Shown here one piece after another: positions 43,601-53,416 of a DNA stretch of 64,000 nt. The stretch spans positions 2,418,001-2,482,000 of the forward strand of contig OZ361259.1 of assembly GCA_977018835.1 (NCBI GenBank), given 5' to 3'. This DNA comes from Minutocellus sp. GHC0000111 (taxonomy: Eukaryota). A model generated the notes under the pieces. That model made no database searches. It was given only the letters and a program-made list of their open reading frames with translations, and had not been told where the DNA came from. How positions within the stretch are numbered: the stretch's first letter is position 1; every line of letters starts with the position of its first letter. The position numbers were made by a program, and so were the translations under genes.

Positions 43601-46144
43601 CACCACAGAGAATCGCAATGAAATGATTCTTAAAGGTTCGAATGGCTCGTTCGGCCGCATTTCGGCGGTGGGAGTGCGTTGGGGTCAATTGAAAATCTAC
43701 ATCCTTTTCTTCCATGAACTCCTTCAGCTCTCGACTCACTTCATTATCCAATCGTTGCAATTTTGGGCGAAATCCTCGCTTGGAGAGGTATTCGAAAATA
43801 GTTTGGTACGCTCGGCGCATTTCCGTTCCCGATCGGCTTTTCATTGGTTCGGCCAAGATGCTGTTGGAGTCATAGTCATAGACGACCATTATGTACTGGT
43901 GGCCAGAAATAGACGATACCAAGAAACGGCCGGGCTGATCTGAGAAGATCTGGCCCGTTATGTCATGACAATCAGCAAAGACATAGTTGGTGCGCTGTTG
44001 GTGTTGTGCCGGGTGGAGATCCTGCTCGGTTTCGTCCACCCCAGGGAGAGATTTTGGCGTAGCCATCGACCGTTTGGGCTTGGTCGACCTGATGTTCTTG
44101 CGCTGCTGGTCTAAGTGACCTTTAATCATCGGCATCGACTATGGCATGTGCTTACGTACAAGCTTTGATGTGAGGCCTGGCCAAGATCTGTAAAATCCCG
44201 CATCGATTGCTTTGCACCAGGTAGATAGCTGAGGACTGCCAGCGCACCAATAATGTAAAAAGGCTACACGTTCCGGAACCGTCTCCTGGGCAATTGCGGC
44301 GTTGGCAGCATGTTGGATGACGTTGGGGCCGGGGAGCGGCGACATGGTGGGCGAGCAATTAAGATCTACCATCCACAATTTCGTTGAGGGGTCTCGTTTA
44401 CCTTGCAAAATGACGGTGTTGTCCTTGGCGATGACTACCGAATCCTTATCGAAAGTGGCAATGCATCCATCGTCACACAGCTGCCCAATCGATAGGAGCG
44501 ATGATGCCAAATTATTGAAAATATAGGCCTTGCTAGCCGATGGGGAAACCCCAGGGAGGCGAAGCGTGGCCTCGTGGGTGTTCGTCATTGTGCTATTATC
44601 CGGAAGGGTGACGCTGATAGGAATTGCTGTCTGTTGGACGTTGAAAATAGGGCCATCGTACGACAGGCATTGGGGCTTCTGGACAAAATGTCCCGTCGTT
44701 CCAGCATCTGCTGCGAGGACGATTGGCTCTTGAGTTGGAGGTTTGCTTTTTGACGTAAGAAAAGCTAACGAAGGCGGGGAGGAGGTGGATTCAGACACAC
44801 TATCCTCTATTTTATACTGATTAACATCCACCGTCCCTCCCGCTCAGTTACGACGCGAGCTACCACCGCAAGGATTGTGCTTGGTGGCGTTATCAACGTG
44901 GTTGGGCCCTTTGCAAGTGCATTCAAAGCTGGGGTGGTTGGACGAATAGCCGCACGTGTGGCAATAATGGCCTCTGGGGAGGATCGACTGCAGTTCCCGC
45001 TTCTCCTGGCGGTTGAGGTTAGGACCTTGGCCTGGGAAGTGGCCGGCGCCGTTCTGCTGGCCACCGCCGCGGTAGCCTCCACTGCCACCAGCATGGTTGC
45101 GTCCCTCACGCAGAACGCGGTTCTCGGCCTTGAGTGAAGCTATTTCTTGGCGAAGTTTGGCAATGGTGTCATCCTTCTCGTTGCTCTTTTTGGCGAGGTT
45201 CGCCATCATGGCTTGGTTGGTCTTGAGGGCTTCGGTGGTGTCAGCCAAAAGGAGATCGGCTCGAGAAAGAAATGGATCGTCCGAGGCCGATGAGGCCAAA
45301 TTCGCGCCATGACATCCTGCCGCTTCGGTGGTGGCATTGGCCATCTTCTTATCACACCAATCGCGGAAGTCCGACTGCATGTTGGCCCACGTGCGTTCGG
45401 CCTCCGGTCTGTCGTCCCAGTCCTCGCATGCGCCTTCTTTGCCAATGAGAACCTGCGCACGGAGCGGCAGAACTTGGAGACCTTTTGCTTGTTGGTGAAG
45501 GGTTCGCCGGCCGTTTCAAACGCCTTGAAGACTTTGTTGAACATGGCGATGTGGGTGTCGATGGGTCCCCCGTCGTGCTGCTTGCTTCTCGAGCTGCTTC
45601 TCTAGTTCCTCCTTCTGAGTCTCGTTGAATTTCAAGTAAGTAGCGATCGGTAATGCTGTCGATGATTTGGCGGATGGTGACTGGCTGGAAACCGAGCATG
45701 TCATCTTCGAGATGATTGATGTAGACGCCGTCGATCGAGTCGAGGAGGAGATTCTTGAGCGCCGTGTTGACTTGCTCGCACAAGTTGTGGTGGCCCTATT
45801 CGATGTGTGACATCCCCCCGGATTGCACGATCGCGTTGGTCTAGATTGGCCACGGCGGGAATGGTGGGGCTGGGGCCAGGATTTGCCGGAGGCACATGTG
45901 GTCGGCCGTCACTTTTGGTGGTGTATTCGGCATCGCTGACGACGAGGCCCAAATGGCCGAGGTTGTGGTCATTGCACCCTCTCTGCTGGAGTGCTGGCCG
46001 CCGCTTGTTGAAGTTCCTTGAGAGCGCTTTGGCAACACGCTCGCGTTGGGGAGGTTGTCCTGGGTCATTCATACGTGTGATTAACTTGGTGGGGAGAATC
46101 GGCGCTGCGCCGAGAGGTTGGCCAAAAACTGCGTCGGGATTCAC
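40637..46144 (-). pseudogene. Copia gag-pol with stops, frameshifts and many Tyr->Cys/His changes
   Basis: Fragments in ORFs 45701-46144, 44844-45380, 44139-44831, 43326-44135, 42894-43271, 42045-42893, 40954-42051 and 40637-40969. Confidence 0.9.
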
Positions 46145-46439
46145 GCTGGTGTTTCAGTCAGCGAAGACAGGCAGCACGGCGGTGCTGCTGCGAGACGTGT
46201 GATCGACAGAAGGTTCGATCCAGAGAAGTGTGATCGATTGGATGGGTCGATCTGGTCAGGACTTTCGGGGAAGGGATTGGATCGTCGTTCCAATGTTGTC
46301 GAAAGAAACGGTCGTTTTGGCCGATTGAAGATGTGTCGGTTTTTCTTGCGTGACGAGTGAGAGAACCCAAGACGACAAACCGGTGAGGTGCGAACCGAAA
46401 TGGGGCGAGCACGGGTGGAAAAGATGCATCACGTAGGTC

Positions 46440-46635
46440 TGCTAAGAGGTCCTAAAGCTAAGCTAGATAGATATAGCTAGTAGAGGTTAACAGGACCTAC
46501 GTAGATGAAAAATGGGCCATCGGAGATGTCGTTGGCCCATGGATCAACGGTCAGGAGAGGGCACTGAGTCAGTGGTCTGATCACCGTACGTACCGTACGT
46601 ATGTATACGTACGTACGTATCCCACGGTGTCAACA
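46440..46635 (-). repeat. 5' LTR of Copia element
   Basis: Direct repeat of 40407-40602 at offset 6033. Confidence 0.93.
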
Positions 46636-47366
46636 CAACAAACACCTCCCCATTGATGATGATGGCCACACTGTCCAGGCTAAAGACATGTGTAATTCAA
46701 TTAGGTTTGACCCAAAGTTGAGGCACCAGAATTTGGACAGCAAGAAGAATGAAGCATTAATAAATAGACATACAATATGAAACAGCAACACACATAATGA
46801 GTTGCTGGCATGCAGATCACACACACAGAGATCGACGATCGACAAGAACAACGCCGGGCCGACAACAAGTCCATCTCGGGCATCATTGCCGCTCGTCAGA
46901 GCACGCCGCCGCCCTTTCCCATTGTCCAAACAGCGAGGCGACCAAAGTCAGGGGGGAGCTGGTGCACAGCCACTGTAGGACGATGAAGAAAGAGACGGAC
47001 GAGCACGAGGGCCCCGACAAGAACTTCCGGCGGCTGTCGACAACCGACGGCGAGGGCACCAAACTCTGCCAGTTTTCCTCGCCGTAAAAGTCTTACCGAT
47101 AATTCTTAACGCGGACGGAACGCTTCTTCCGACGCTTGTTCAAGTGATGATATAATGTGAGCACATGTGGCGGCGGCGAAGGTGTCGTGCGCCACTCGGA
47201 AGTTGACACCATTTTGGTGCCGCGGAATGAGGCTGGCTGTCAGCTGGAGAAAGATACTTTTTCCAGTCGGACAAGTCGAGTGAATCTCTAGTATTAAAAA
47301 AATCGAAGGTACGTGTTTCTACCTCAACGAGGTATTTTTTCTGTCCAGCTGTACCTAGGTACATTA

Positions 47367-49662
47367 CGAAGTCCGTTTCGCGAGAAATCGAGGGCAGGGC
47401 CGGGGGACCAAAAAATGTCGATTTTTGGGCCCGCAACCCGGACACGGACACATGCATGTAAAGCCGGAACCATCAAAACTGACAAGAGAGCACTACACAT
47501 GCATGTACGGCATGTGTGTGTAGTGGCACAAATATAGCTCGAATCTAAATAATCTAGTATTATTTTAAACATAACATAACTTAAAAGCACCGCAGGACTA
47601 ATTATCCATGGTTGGATCAGCAGGAGGAGGAGCGATAATTTTCCCATCTATCCGAACCATGCCATTTTCAGTCGGCCTGAAATCCTTTCGCACCCCAACA
47701 TGAATGCCTTCACCGTTTCCAAGAAAATCATTGTTGCCTTTTGCAACGATTACCTTCTTTGCAATTCTATGAGCCTGGATGCATGCCGATGCGATCTTCC
47801 AGTTTTCCAGCCCCATCCAAACTTCCTCCGCTGCATCCCAAGTCTGATCTTCTGTCAAAACCTTCAGCCCCTCCCGATCGCGGCTCGACATTGTATGCCG
47901 CTTTGACATGCAAGGGAAAACAGACAGATCAAGAACATTCATATGGGGCATTTCCGGGGCCTGAGGTTCCCAACGCCATCCCTTGTCCCGACAGTATCCT
48001 TCCACATATTCCACAAATTCAGTCTCGGCATGGGGCCCAGCATTGTCGCCCTGAAAAATAGGGACATAGCCTTCAAACTTTCCACCAGGTCCGACCAAAG
48101 CCTCAACATCCGGAAACATCTTGTTCTCAAATAAAGCTTTCAGTGGGAACTTGGGATTATCAAGGGTGCCATGGCTGCATCCAGTCACCGCGCAATCCAC
48201 AAGGTATAGATCGTCTTTCTTCCGAACCACCGGGCCGTAATATTTGATTCTACCATCTGCCTGCCGCACCGCCTCCCTTACCATCTGCCTCGCAATTTTA
48301 TGCGCCTGAGCCCGAAAAAGTCCAAGCTTGAACGCAATGCCGCCATTCTCAATGCTGTCAATAAAAGCCAAGGCAGTGACAGCCACCACCATGCACTTGT
48401 TGATGTGATTTCGGTGATATGCCGAGAAGGACCGAGGATCAATACCCAATTCTGCAACTTGCTTGGCATACGATCGAAGAACCAAGCCCCAAAACCACTT
48501 CTCATCGAACATAACAAGGAGAAACTTGCCACCGCCGAGCCCCCAATTGTTTCGGAATTTCCGCGCAAATACCAAATGTTTCTCCATCTGATGGGTAGTA
48601 AGGAGAGGGATGATCCTTTCGGCATAGTACCGGAACCCTTCCCGCGACATTATCCACCGCCGTATTGCCGAGTAGGAACACCAAAAGTTGACATCAACCT
48701 CCAGCTCCCGCCAAGATTCCCGAGGATTTCGTATCAGAGCATCAACAATAACATCTCGAATGTATGGCTGCATAGCCAGATGAGATCTCCTCTTCATCTC
48801 CCACATCGCCTTCTCAGATGCAGGTAGAGCACCATACGCCTTCATCCATCCCGAAAATCGTGCACCATGCTCTGCGCTGGACAGCACCGAATAGTCCACC
48901 TTTGCCTGCTCCCTGCACTTGGCAATTGCAAAGAGACATGGTGCAGTATACCGCCGGGTCGCCGTTGCAAGATCGTCGATGACAGAACGGAAGGCGGCCG
49001 AATCAGATGAATCATCGGCACTCGTTGGGAAGCAGTATACCGGTCCAAGTGTGCCGATCGCGTCATCGAAATGCTCAGCTTCGACTTCCGCCCGAGACAC
49101 AAATGGATTGAACACATACTCACCGCTGTCTTGGCCATCATCATTGACCAGGAGAAAACTCTCAAGATTGACGGGCCCGAGGATTTTGAGAAGCACATGC
49201 TCCTCAATGTCGTCAGTCGACTCGTCTGCCGGGCGATAAGGGCCGAGAACATGCCCCTCGACATGGATGATGTCGTGGCAATAACTGAATCGGTGTACGA
49301 CAAGGCCGCGGAGATGTTCCACTCCTCAGTTTTACCTTCATCTACAAGTTCAACGGCGTGAAGCGGGAGCTAAAGAAGCTCAAGCTCATCCCGGATTGGC
49401 TGTGGTGCGAGATCCGGGACGAATGCATCGTACTGCCGATCCGAGGCGAGTATCATGCCATCGTTCAAGATGAAGACGAGATGGAGGCCGCTGAAATCTA
49501 AAGTCTTATCCGAATTATTGTTTCACATGAAGATAAATCAAAATTAGAGTAAAAATAGCCATTTTCTTAAATATTTCAGCATGACTATTCTTCGAGGCGC
49601 TTTTCAATCCCCTCGAAAGCAGTCAAAAACCGGGCGCTCGATTTCTCGCGAATCTGACCTCG
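47367..49662 (-). mobile_element. Tc1/mariner-superfamily DNA transposon (DD38D), ~2.3 kb, TA TSD intact
   Basis: ~29-bp imperfect TIRs (cgaagtccgtttcgcgagaaatcgagggc / reverse complement cgaggtcagattcgcgagaaatcgagcgc); TA at 47365-47366 and 49663-49664. Confidence 0.85.
47598..49322 (-). CDS. Mariner-like transposase, open frame (true start uncertain)
   Basis: FDEKWFW, GDNAGPH and QAPEMPHMNVLDL motifs (38 residues between 2nd and 3rd Asp). Confidence 0.85.
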   Translation of the reverse strand: MEHLRGLVVHRFSYCHDIIHVEGHVLGPYRPADESTDDIEEHVLLKILGPVNLESFLLVNDDGQDSGEYVFNPFVSRAEVEAEHFDDAIGTLGPVYCFPTSADDSSDSAAFRSVIDDLATATRRYTAPCLFAIAKCREQAKVDYSVLSSAEHGARFSGWMKAYGALPASEKAMWEMKRRSHLAMQPYIRDVIVDALIRNPRESWRELEVDVNFWCSYSAIRRWIMSREGFRYYAERIIPLLTTHQMEKHLVFARKFRNNWGLGGGKFLLVMFDEKWFWGLVLRSYAKQVAELGIDPRSFSAYHRNHINKCMVVAVTALAFIDSIENGGIAFKLGLFRAQAHKIARQMVREAVRQADGRIKYYGPVVRKKDDLYLVDCAVTGCSHGTLDNPKFPLKALFENKMFPDVEALVGPGGKFEGYVPIFQGDNAGPHAETEFVEYVEGYCRDKGWRWEPQAPEMPHMNVLDLSVFPCMSKRHTMSSRDREGLKVLTEDQTWDAAEEVWMGLENWKIASACIQAHRIAKKVIVAKGNNDFLGNGEGIHVGVRKDFRPTENGMVRIDGKIIAPPPADPTMDN

Positions 49663-49841
49663 TAGATCTAGCTGACTTCAGATGGTCTCTGAAAAGCAGA
49701 GCCGAGCGAAGAATGAAAACTATTTGATCATGAGAGCCACATATTAGTGGTTACATAAGATTATGGTATCAAGCCGAATACGAATGCGAATTCGAACATT
49801 CGAACATCAAGGGCGATGACTTGACTTGTCACTCGCCAATC

Positions 49842-51158
49842 ATGGTGGTTCTTTCCAATAGCAGCCGCCGCCTTTGCCTTGTCCATCGTGTTCTCTCCCA
49901 CTGCGGCAGCCACCCCGCGTTGGGGTTCAGGAGCCTCAGCAATCTCAATGGGCTGGGCGGTGGCGGTGGTGTCAGCAACAACCCACTCAGCAGTACCGAT
50001 GAGAATAAGAAGACTCAGGTTACAACTCCGGCGTATGAAGGGAGCAAAGTGAAGGCAGAGATATTGGACTTGGCCGTCGATATGCGGATGGCACGCCCGG
50101 GTGATGTAATTCATAGTCCCTACGAGCTTACAGTAAGCGAGAGCATGCAGGAACTTTGGGGGTGTTGCTTTCACAGTCAAAATCGTAGAAGCACGTCGCG
50201 TCCATTCGCTCGACGGATTGGTCTTCAAGATCGAATTCTCCCCTTTAGTTTGGTGTTGTTCTTGACATCGGCCATGACACATGCGGATTCTGCCAAAGTT
50301 CAGGTCGGCTTTGGCCAATCGGTGTACCACTGGCCGGCGTTCGCAGGTGATACTTTCACAAAATCATTCCAAGTCCAAAGCATTCGCAACACATCAGATG
50401 GAAATCATTCCATTTTTCACATCCTCTGCAGCCTTAAAAACCAGCGAGGGCGAATCTGCATGAGCGCAGATAAGCGCATGATATTTCCGTTCGTCGTTCC
50501 AGAATCCAATGTAGTGGCAACTTCAGACGAAGGAGAACCCAGCCAACTCTTTCGCGACCACTTATTGGGCAAAGCGAATGTCCTGGCGAAAGAGCTGGGA
50601 AGTCAATCCCTCGCATCCTTGCACGCTGGCCAGCTGATTTGCCACAGTATGAGTAGGTCAATCACATTCAGCCAATCACAGCAGCTTGCTTCACTTGCCA
50701 GGTTGACACACCCGCGTCACTTTGATACTCGAAAATATGATGAGCTTACAGAGATTTACGTGCCGGGAGGTCTTGTCCTTGGGTTGACTTTGAGTGCTTC
50801 GTCTAGAGATTTGCACGAGATCCTGCACGAACAGGTGGAGAATGTGAACTTTATCAACAATTTACACCCCTGCAATGTTGTTTCTGCGATCACCTATGTC
50901 CAAAAGATTGATGACAACTTGCCTGGTGACCTCGAAGGCCTGACCGTTCGCACATTTGGCATCAAGAATCTTGATACTGCCCAAGAACTAGATGGCGCGT
51001 CGCTTCCACTGGAGTTGTTTGAAGGCCCACCAAAGAAGCCGAAAGATATTGAGAAGATTTGCAAGGAGAAGTGTCCTATTCTGTCTAAGAAGATCATTGT
51101 TGTCGTCGATCGGATCATATTGAGGCAGGCCAGCCGGAGAGAGATCTTCTTGTTGTGA
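49842..51158 (+). CDS. Double hot-dog MaoC-like dehydratase (mesaconyl-CoA hydratase-like), possible mitochondrial presequence
   Basis: ST..PFA..IGL..R.LP..LV, VGF....YHWP.FAGDT, HS.SRSIT, ARLTHPRHFD, YVPGG.V motifs; Arg/Ser-rich N-terminus. Confidence 0.68.
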   Translation: MVVLSNSSRRLCLVHRVLSHCGSHPALGFRSLSNLNGLGGGGGVSNNPLSSTDENKKTQVTTPAYEGSKVKAEILDLAVDMRMARPGDVIHSPYELTVSESMQELWGCCFHSQNRRSTSRPFARRIGLQDRILPFSLVLFLTSAMTHADSAKVQVGFGQSVYHWPAFAGDTFTKSFQVQSIRNTSDGNHSIFHILCSLKNQRGRICMSADKRMIFPFVVPESNVVATSDEGEPSQLFRDHLLGKANVLAKELGSQSLASLHAGQLICHSMSRSITFSQSQQLASLARLTHPRHFDTRKYDELTEIYVPGGLVLGLTLSASSRDLHEILHEQVENVNFINNLHPCNVVSAITYVQKIDDNLPGDLEGLTVRTFGIKNLDTAQELDGASLPLELFEGPPKKPKDIEKICKEKCPILSKKIIVVVDRIILRQASRREIFLL

Positions 51159-51326
51159 AAGCTTCTTCTTACAGTATCACAATCTGTTCTACTTAGAGAT
51201 ATTAATTCTTTGCTGATTTGTAATATATATTTTAATATACCTATTCTATCAGTACTACATACCATTTCTTCTACTAGTAATACAAAAGAGCTAAACGAGG
51301 AACCTACAAGAAAGGTTGGATTGAAC

Positions 51327-53416
51327 TTAAAGGAACCAAGGCGCTTCTTCTTCAACAAACTTTTTGTCGAGCTTTTTCGTCTTGACATTCTTCAGAACCC
51401 TCTTTCTATTTTCATCTTCGAGCAAAACTCTGCAGTCAAGACGAACGTGACGAACTGGGCGACCATCGACCGTTAGATTACAGTCCGCATCCGCCTCGGC
51501 GTCGTCACAATATTCCAGGGAAATATCTTCTTGGTCTGCAAAGACTCTGACCTTGCGTTCTGGTCCACATGCTGCTTGGACCGCACGCTTGGCCAGCATG
51601 AGCTGCCAAAATTTGCCACCAACGGCGTCAACTGCGAGGTGAGCACTGACCCACTGGAATGCTCCGGCAAGGATCGACTGAACGCCTCTCTCACCCCAGC
51701 ATCCTGCTCGCCACACGACAGCTTTATAGCCATTCCTCTTACCCAAATGGTTCATTACGTCAATCGGATCGCCGCCCACAACACCCATATCAGTAAGCTT
51801 TTGCTTGAGGTCCTGCGTTCGCTGCATTTCGCTCTGCACAACTTCTGTTGCCGCCAGAGCTGCCTTTTGGTGCATGACTGCAGCTTCGGCTGCTGCTTCA
51901 GCATCTCCAGACTCGATGGCCTCCTTGGCCTTGAGCGCAGCTTCAGCGGCAAGAGCGGCCGCCTTCGCTGCAGATTCTGCCGCAGCGATAGCCTGGGCAT
52001 TGTCTCCGTGTCGAAGCAGAATCCTGGATGGCTTGCGGCCTTCACTCCTCCAGAAGTTCTCAATGTCAATTCCTTTGGGTAGATTTGGATCATCATTGCT
52101 CATAGGCAAGTCCTGGAGGTCGGTCGCATCCATGACCAGGATCCTTTCCACAGCCGCCGGGAGTTCCCGGCCTTGGTCCGCAAGCCACCGAAGTCCAAAC
52201 AAACGCGATGCGACCGAATCATCACCACCGGGGCCATTCCCTTTCTTGGGGAACGTAGCGACACATGCATCCACCTGCTCATACCAGGGCATCATTGGGT
52301 TTTTATTCAAGTTCTCTTGCCAATCCTCCTCTTCAAATTCCAATTGAAACAAATCGTCAACTTCAGTGGAGAATTCATCCTCTTCGTCTTTATCAAAGTC
52401 CTTCTCCCAGATACTTTCCGGTGGCGGAGCAAGAGCGTAGGAACCAAAATCGCGAAAGCCCAGGACCTGTCCACCAAACGACTTCCCAAAGGTATTGCCA
52501 TTGCGAATGAAAGATTCTGTGTCATCACTATCAATAACAGAACAGTGCAAGAATCCCAAAGGTCGGCCGGTCCGGCTAAAATGGTGACGCGCCATCCGAT
52601 GCAGCTTGGTGTTGGCGAGGTTGGCATATTCCTTGATTAGGCTTTCGCAGTCCTCCTGCTCTACTCCCATCGTTACGCTAAGGCCGGCCGCATGAAGCGC
52701 CGATGCGCCCTTGTTGGCATGCTCCGGAATAGGATCAGCACAGCCGATGACGACCCGCTGGATTCCTGACTCCTCGATGAGCTGAGTTATCGATGGTACG
52801 GCAGTTCTAAACATGAAAGAGGAATACAACAAGGAAGTACAAGAAAAGGTATTTCAGTGGCGGTACAATTACGATGTGAGATCGCACACCGGGAGTTACG
52901 AAAATATAAGTGCATGGGAATGAAGGATCGACAAACAGGAAAACAAACCAAGCAACTCACCCCTGTCTCTCAGTACTAGGCTCCAGTGTTACATACAAGG
53001 TCGCCTCGGCAATATCCTTGCGAAGCTGCTCATCGTGAGGCCAGGTGACACACCACTCTCGCAGAGGGGTCGCTACGATCCCTGCATCGGCAATGGCAGC
53101 GCGGACAGCATCCTTCTTGTACGACGCCCGGCCCTTGCCAATAATGCGTCCGTCTGGGGTGGCAATCACTGCACCGACGATGGGCTTGGGGAATGGGGAT
53201 CTCGCGCCTCTCTCCCCGCCTCGACTATTGGCCTGCTGGATGGCCATCTGCATGTACTTGACGTCACGCTCCTTTTCGGTCTTCTCTTCTTCGGTGAGCT
53301 CTGGCGCGGCGTCATCCTCCACCTTTGCCTCGGCGAAGCCATTGACTACTACTGCTGGCTGATCGTCATCGTCCTCCTCTGAAACTAAGACATCACCCGC
53401 ATCCTTGAGCGAACCA
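51327..53416 (-). CDS. RibD/PyrR-like protein with degenerate deaminase domain; intron 52807-52960; 5' end missing
   Basis: YMQMAI..A...P.P.VGAVI..DG.IIG.G, ATLYVTLEPS, I.ESGIQRVVIGC.DP; Zn ligands not conserved. GTGAGT donor and TTTAG acceptor give an in-frame join (RQG-TAVPSI). Confidence 0.75.

Larger units (their letters stand above)
40407..46635 (-). mobile_element. Ty1/Copia LTR retrotransposon (diatom CoDi-type), decayed
   Basis: 196-bp TG..CA LTRs; PPT-like CTGCGAGGGTG before the 3' LTR; order gag - protease (DAGTTGHF) - integrase (RLDNE, HRRNAAERAIRTFKNHF) - RT (GLPQAG, VDDFG) - RNase H (SAAEAE, DNSTA, SKAMDMRFYW). No matching TSD (ccaga vs caaca). Confidence 0.95.

Noticed and set aside
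47241..47351. Short imperfect inverted repeat (cagctggagaaagatac / gtattttttctgtccagctg) as a MITE
   Set aside because: Match is short and gapped, the left flank lacks TA and no second copy is visible in the window.
51327..53416. Deaminase-fold gene near the hypermutated TEs as the candidate mutator
   Set aside because: It is RibD/PyrR-like and lacks the HxE and PCxxC zinc ligands (LEPS...PSI); proximity alone is not evidence in a eukaryote.
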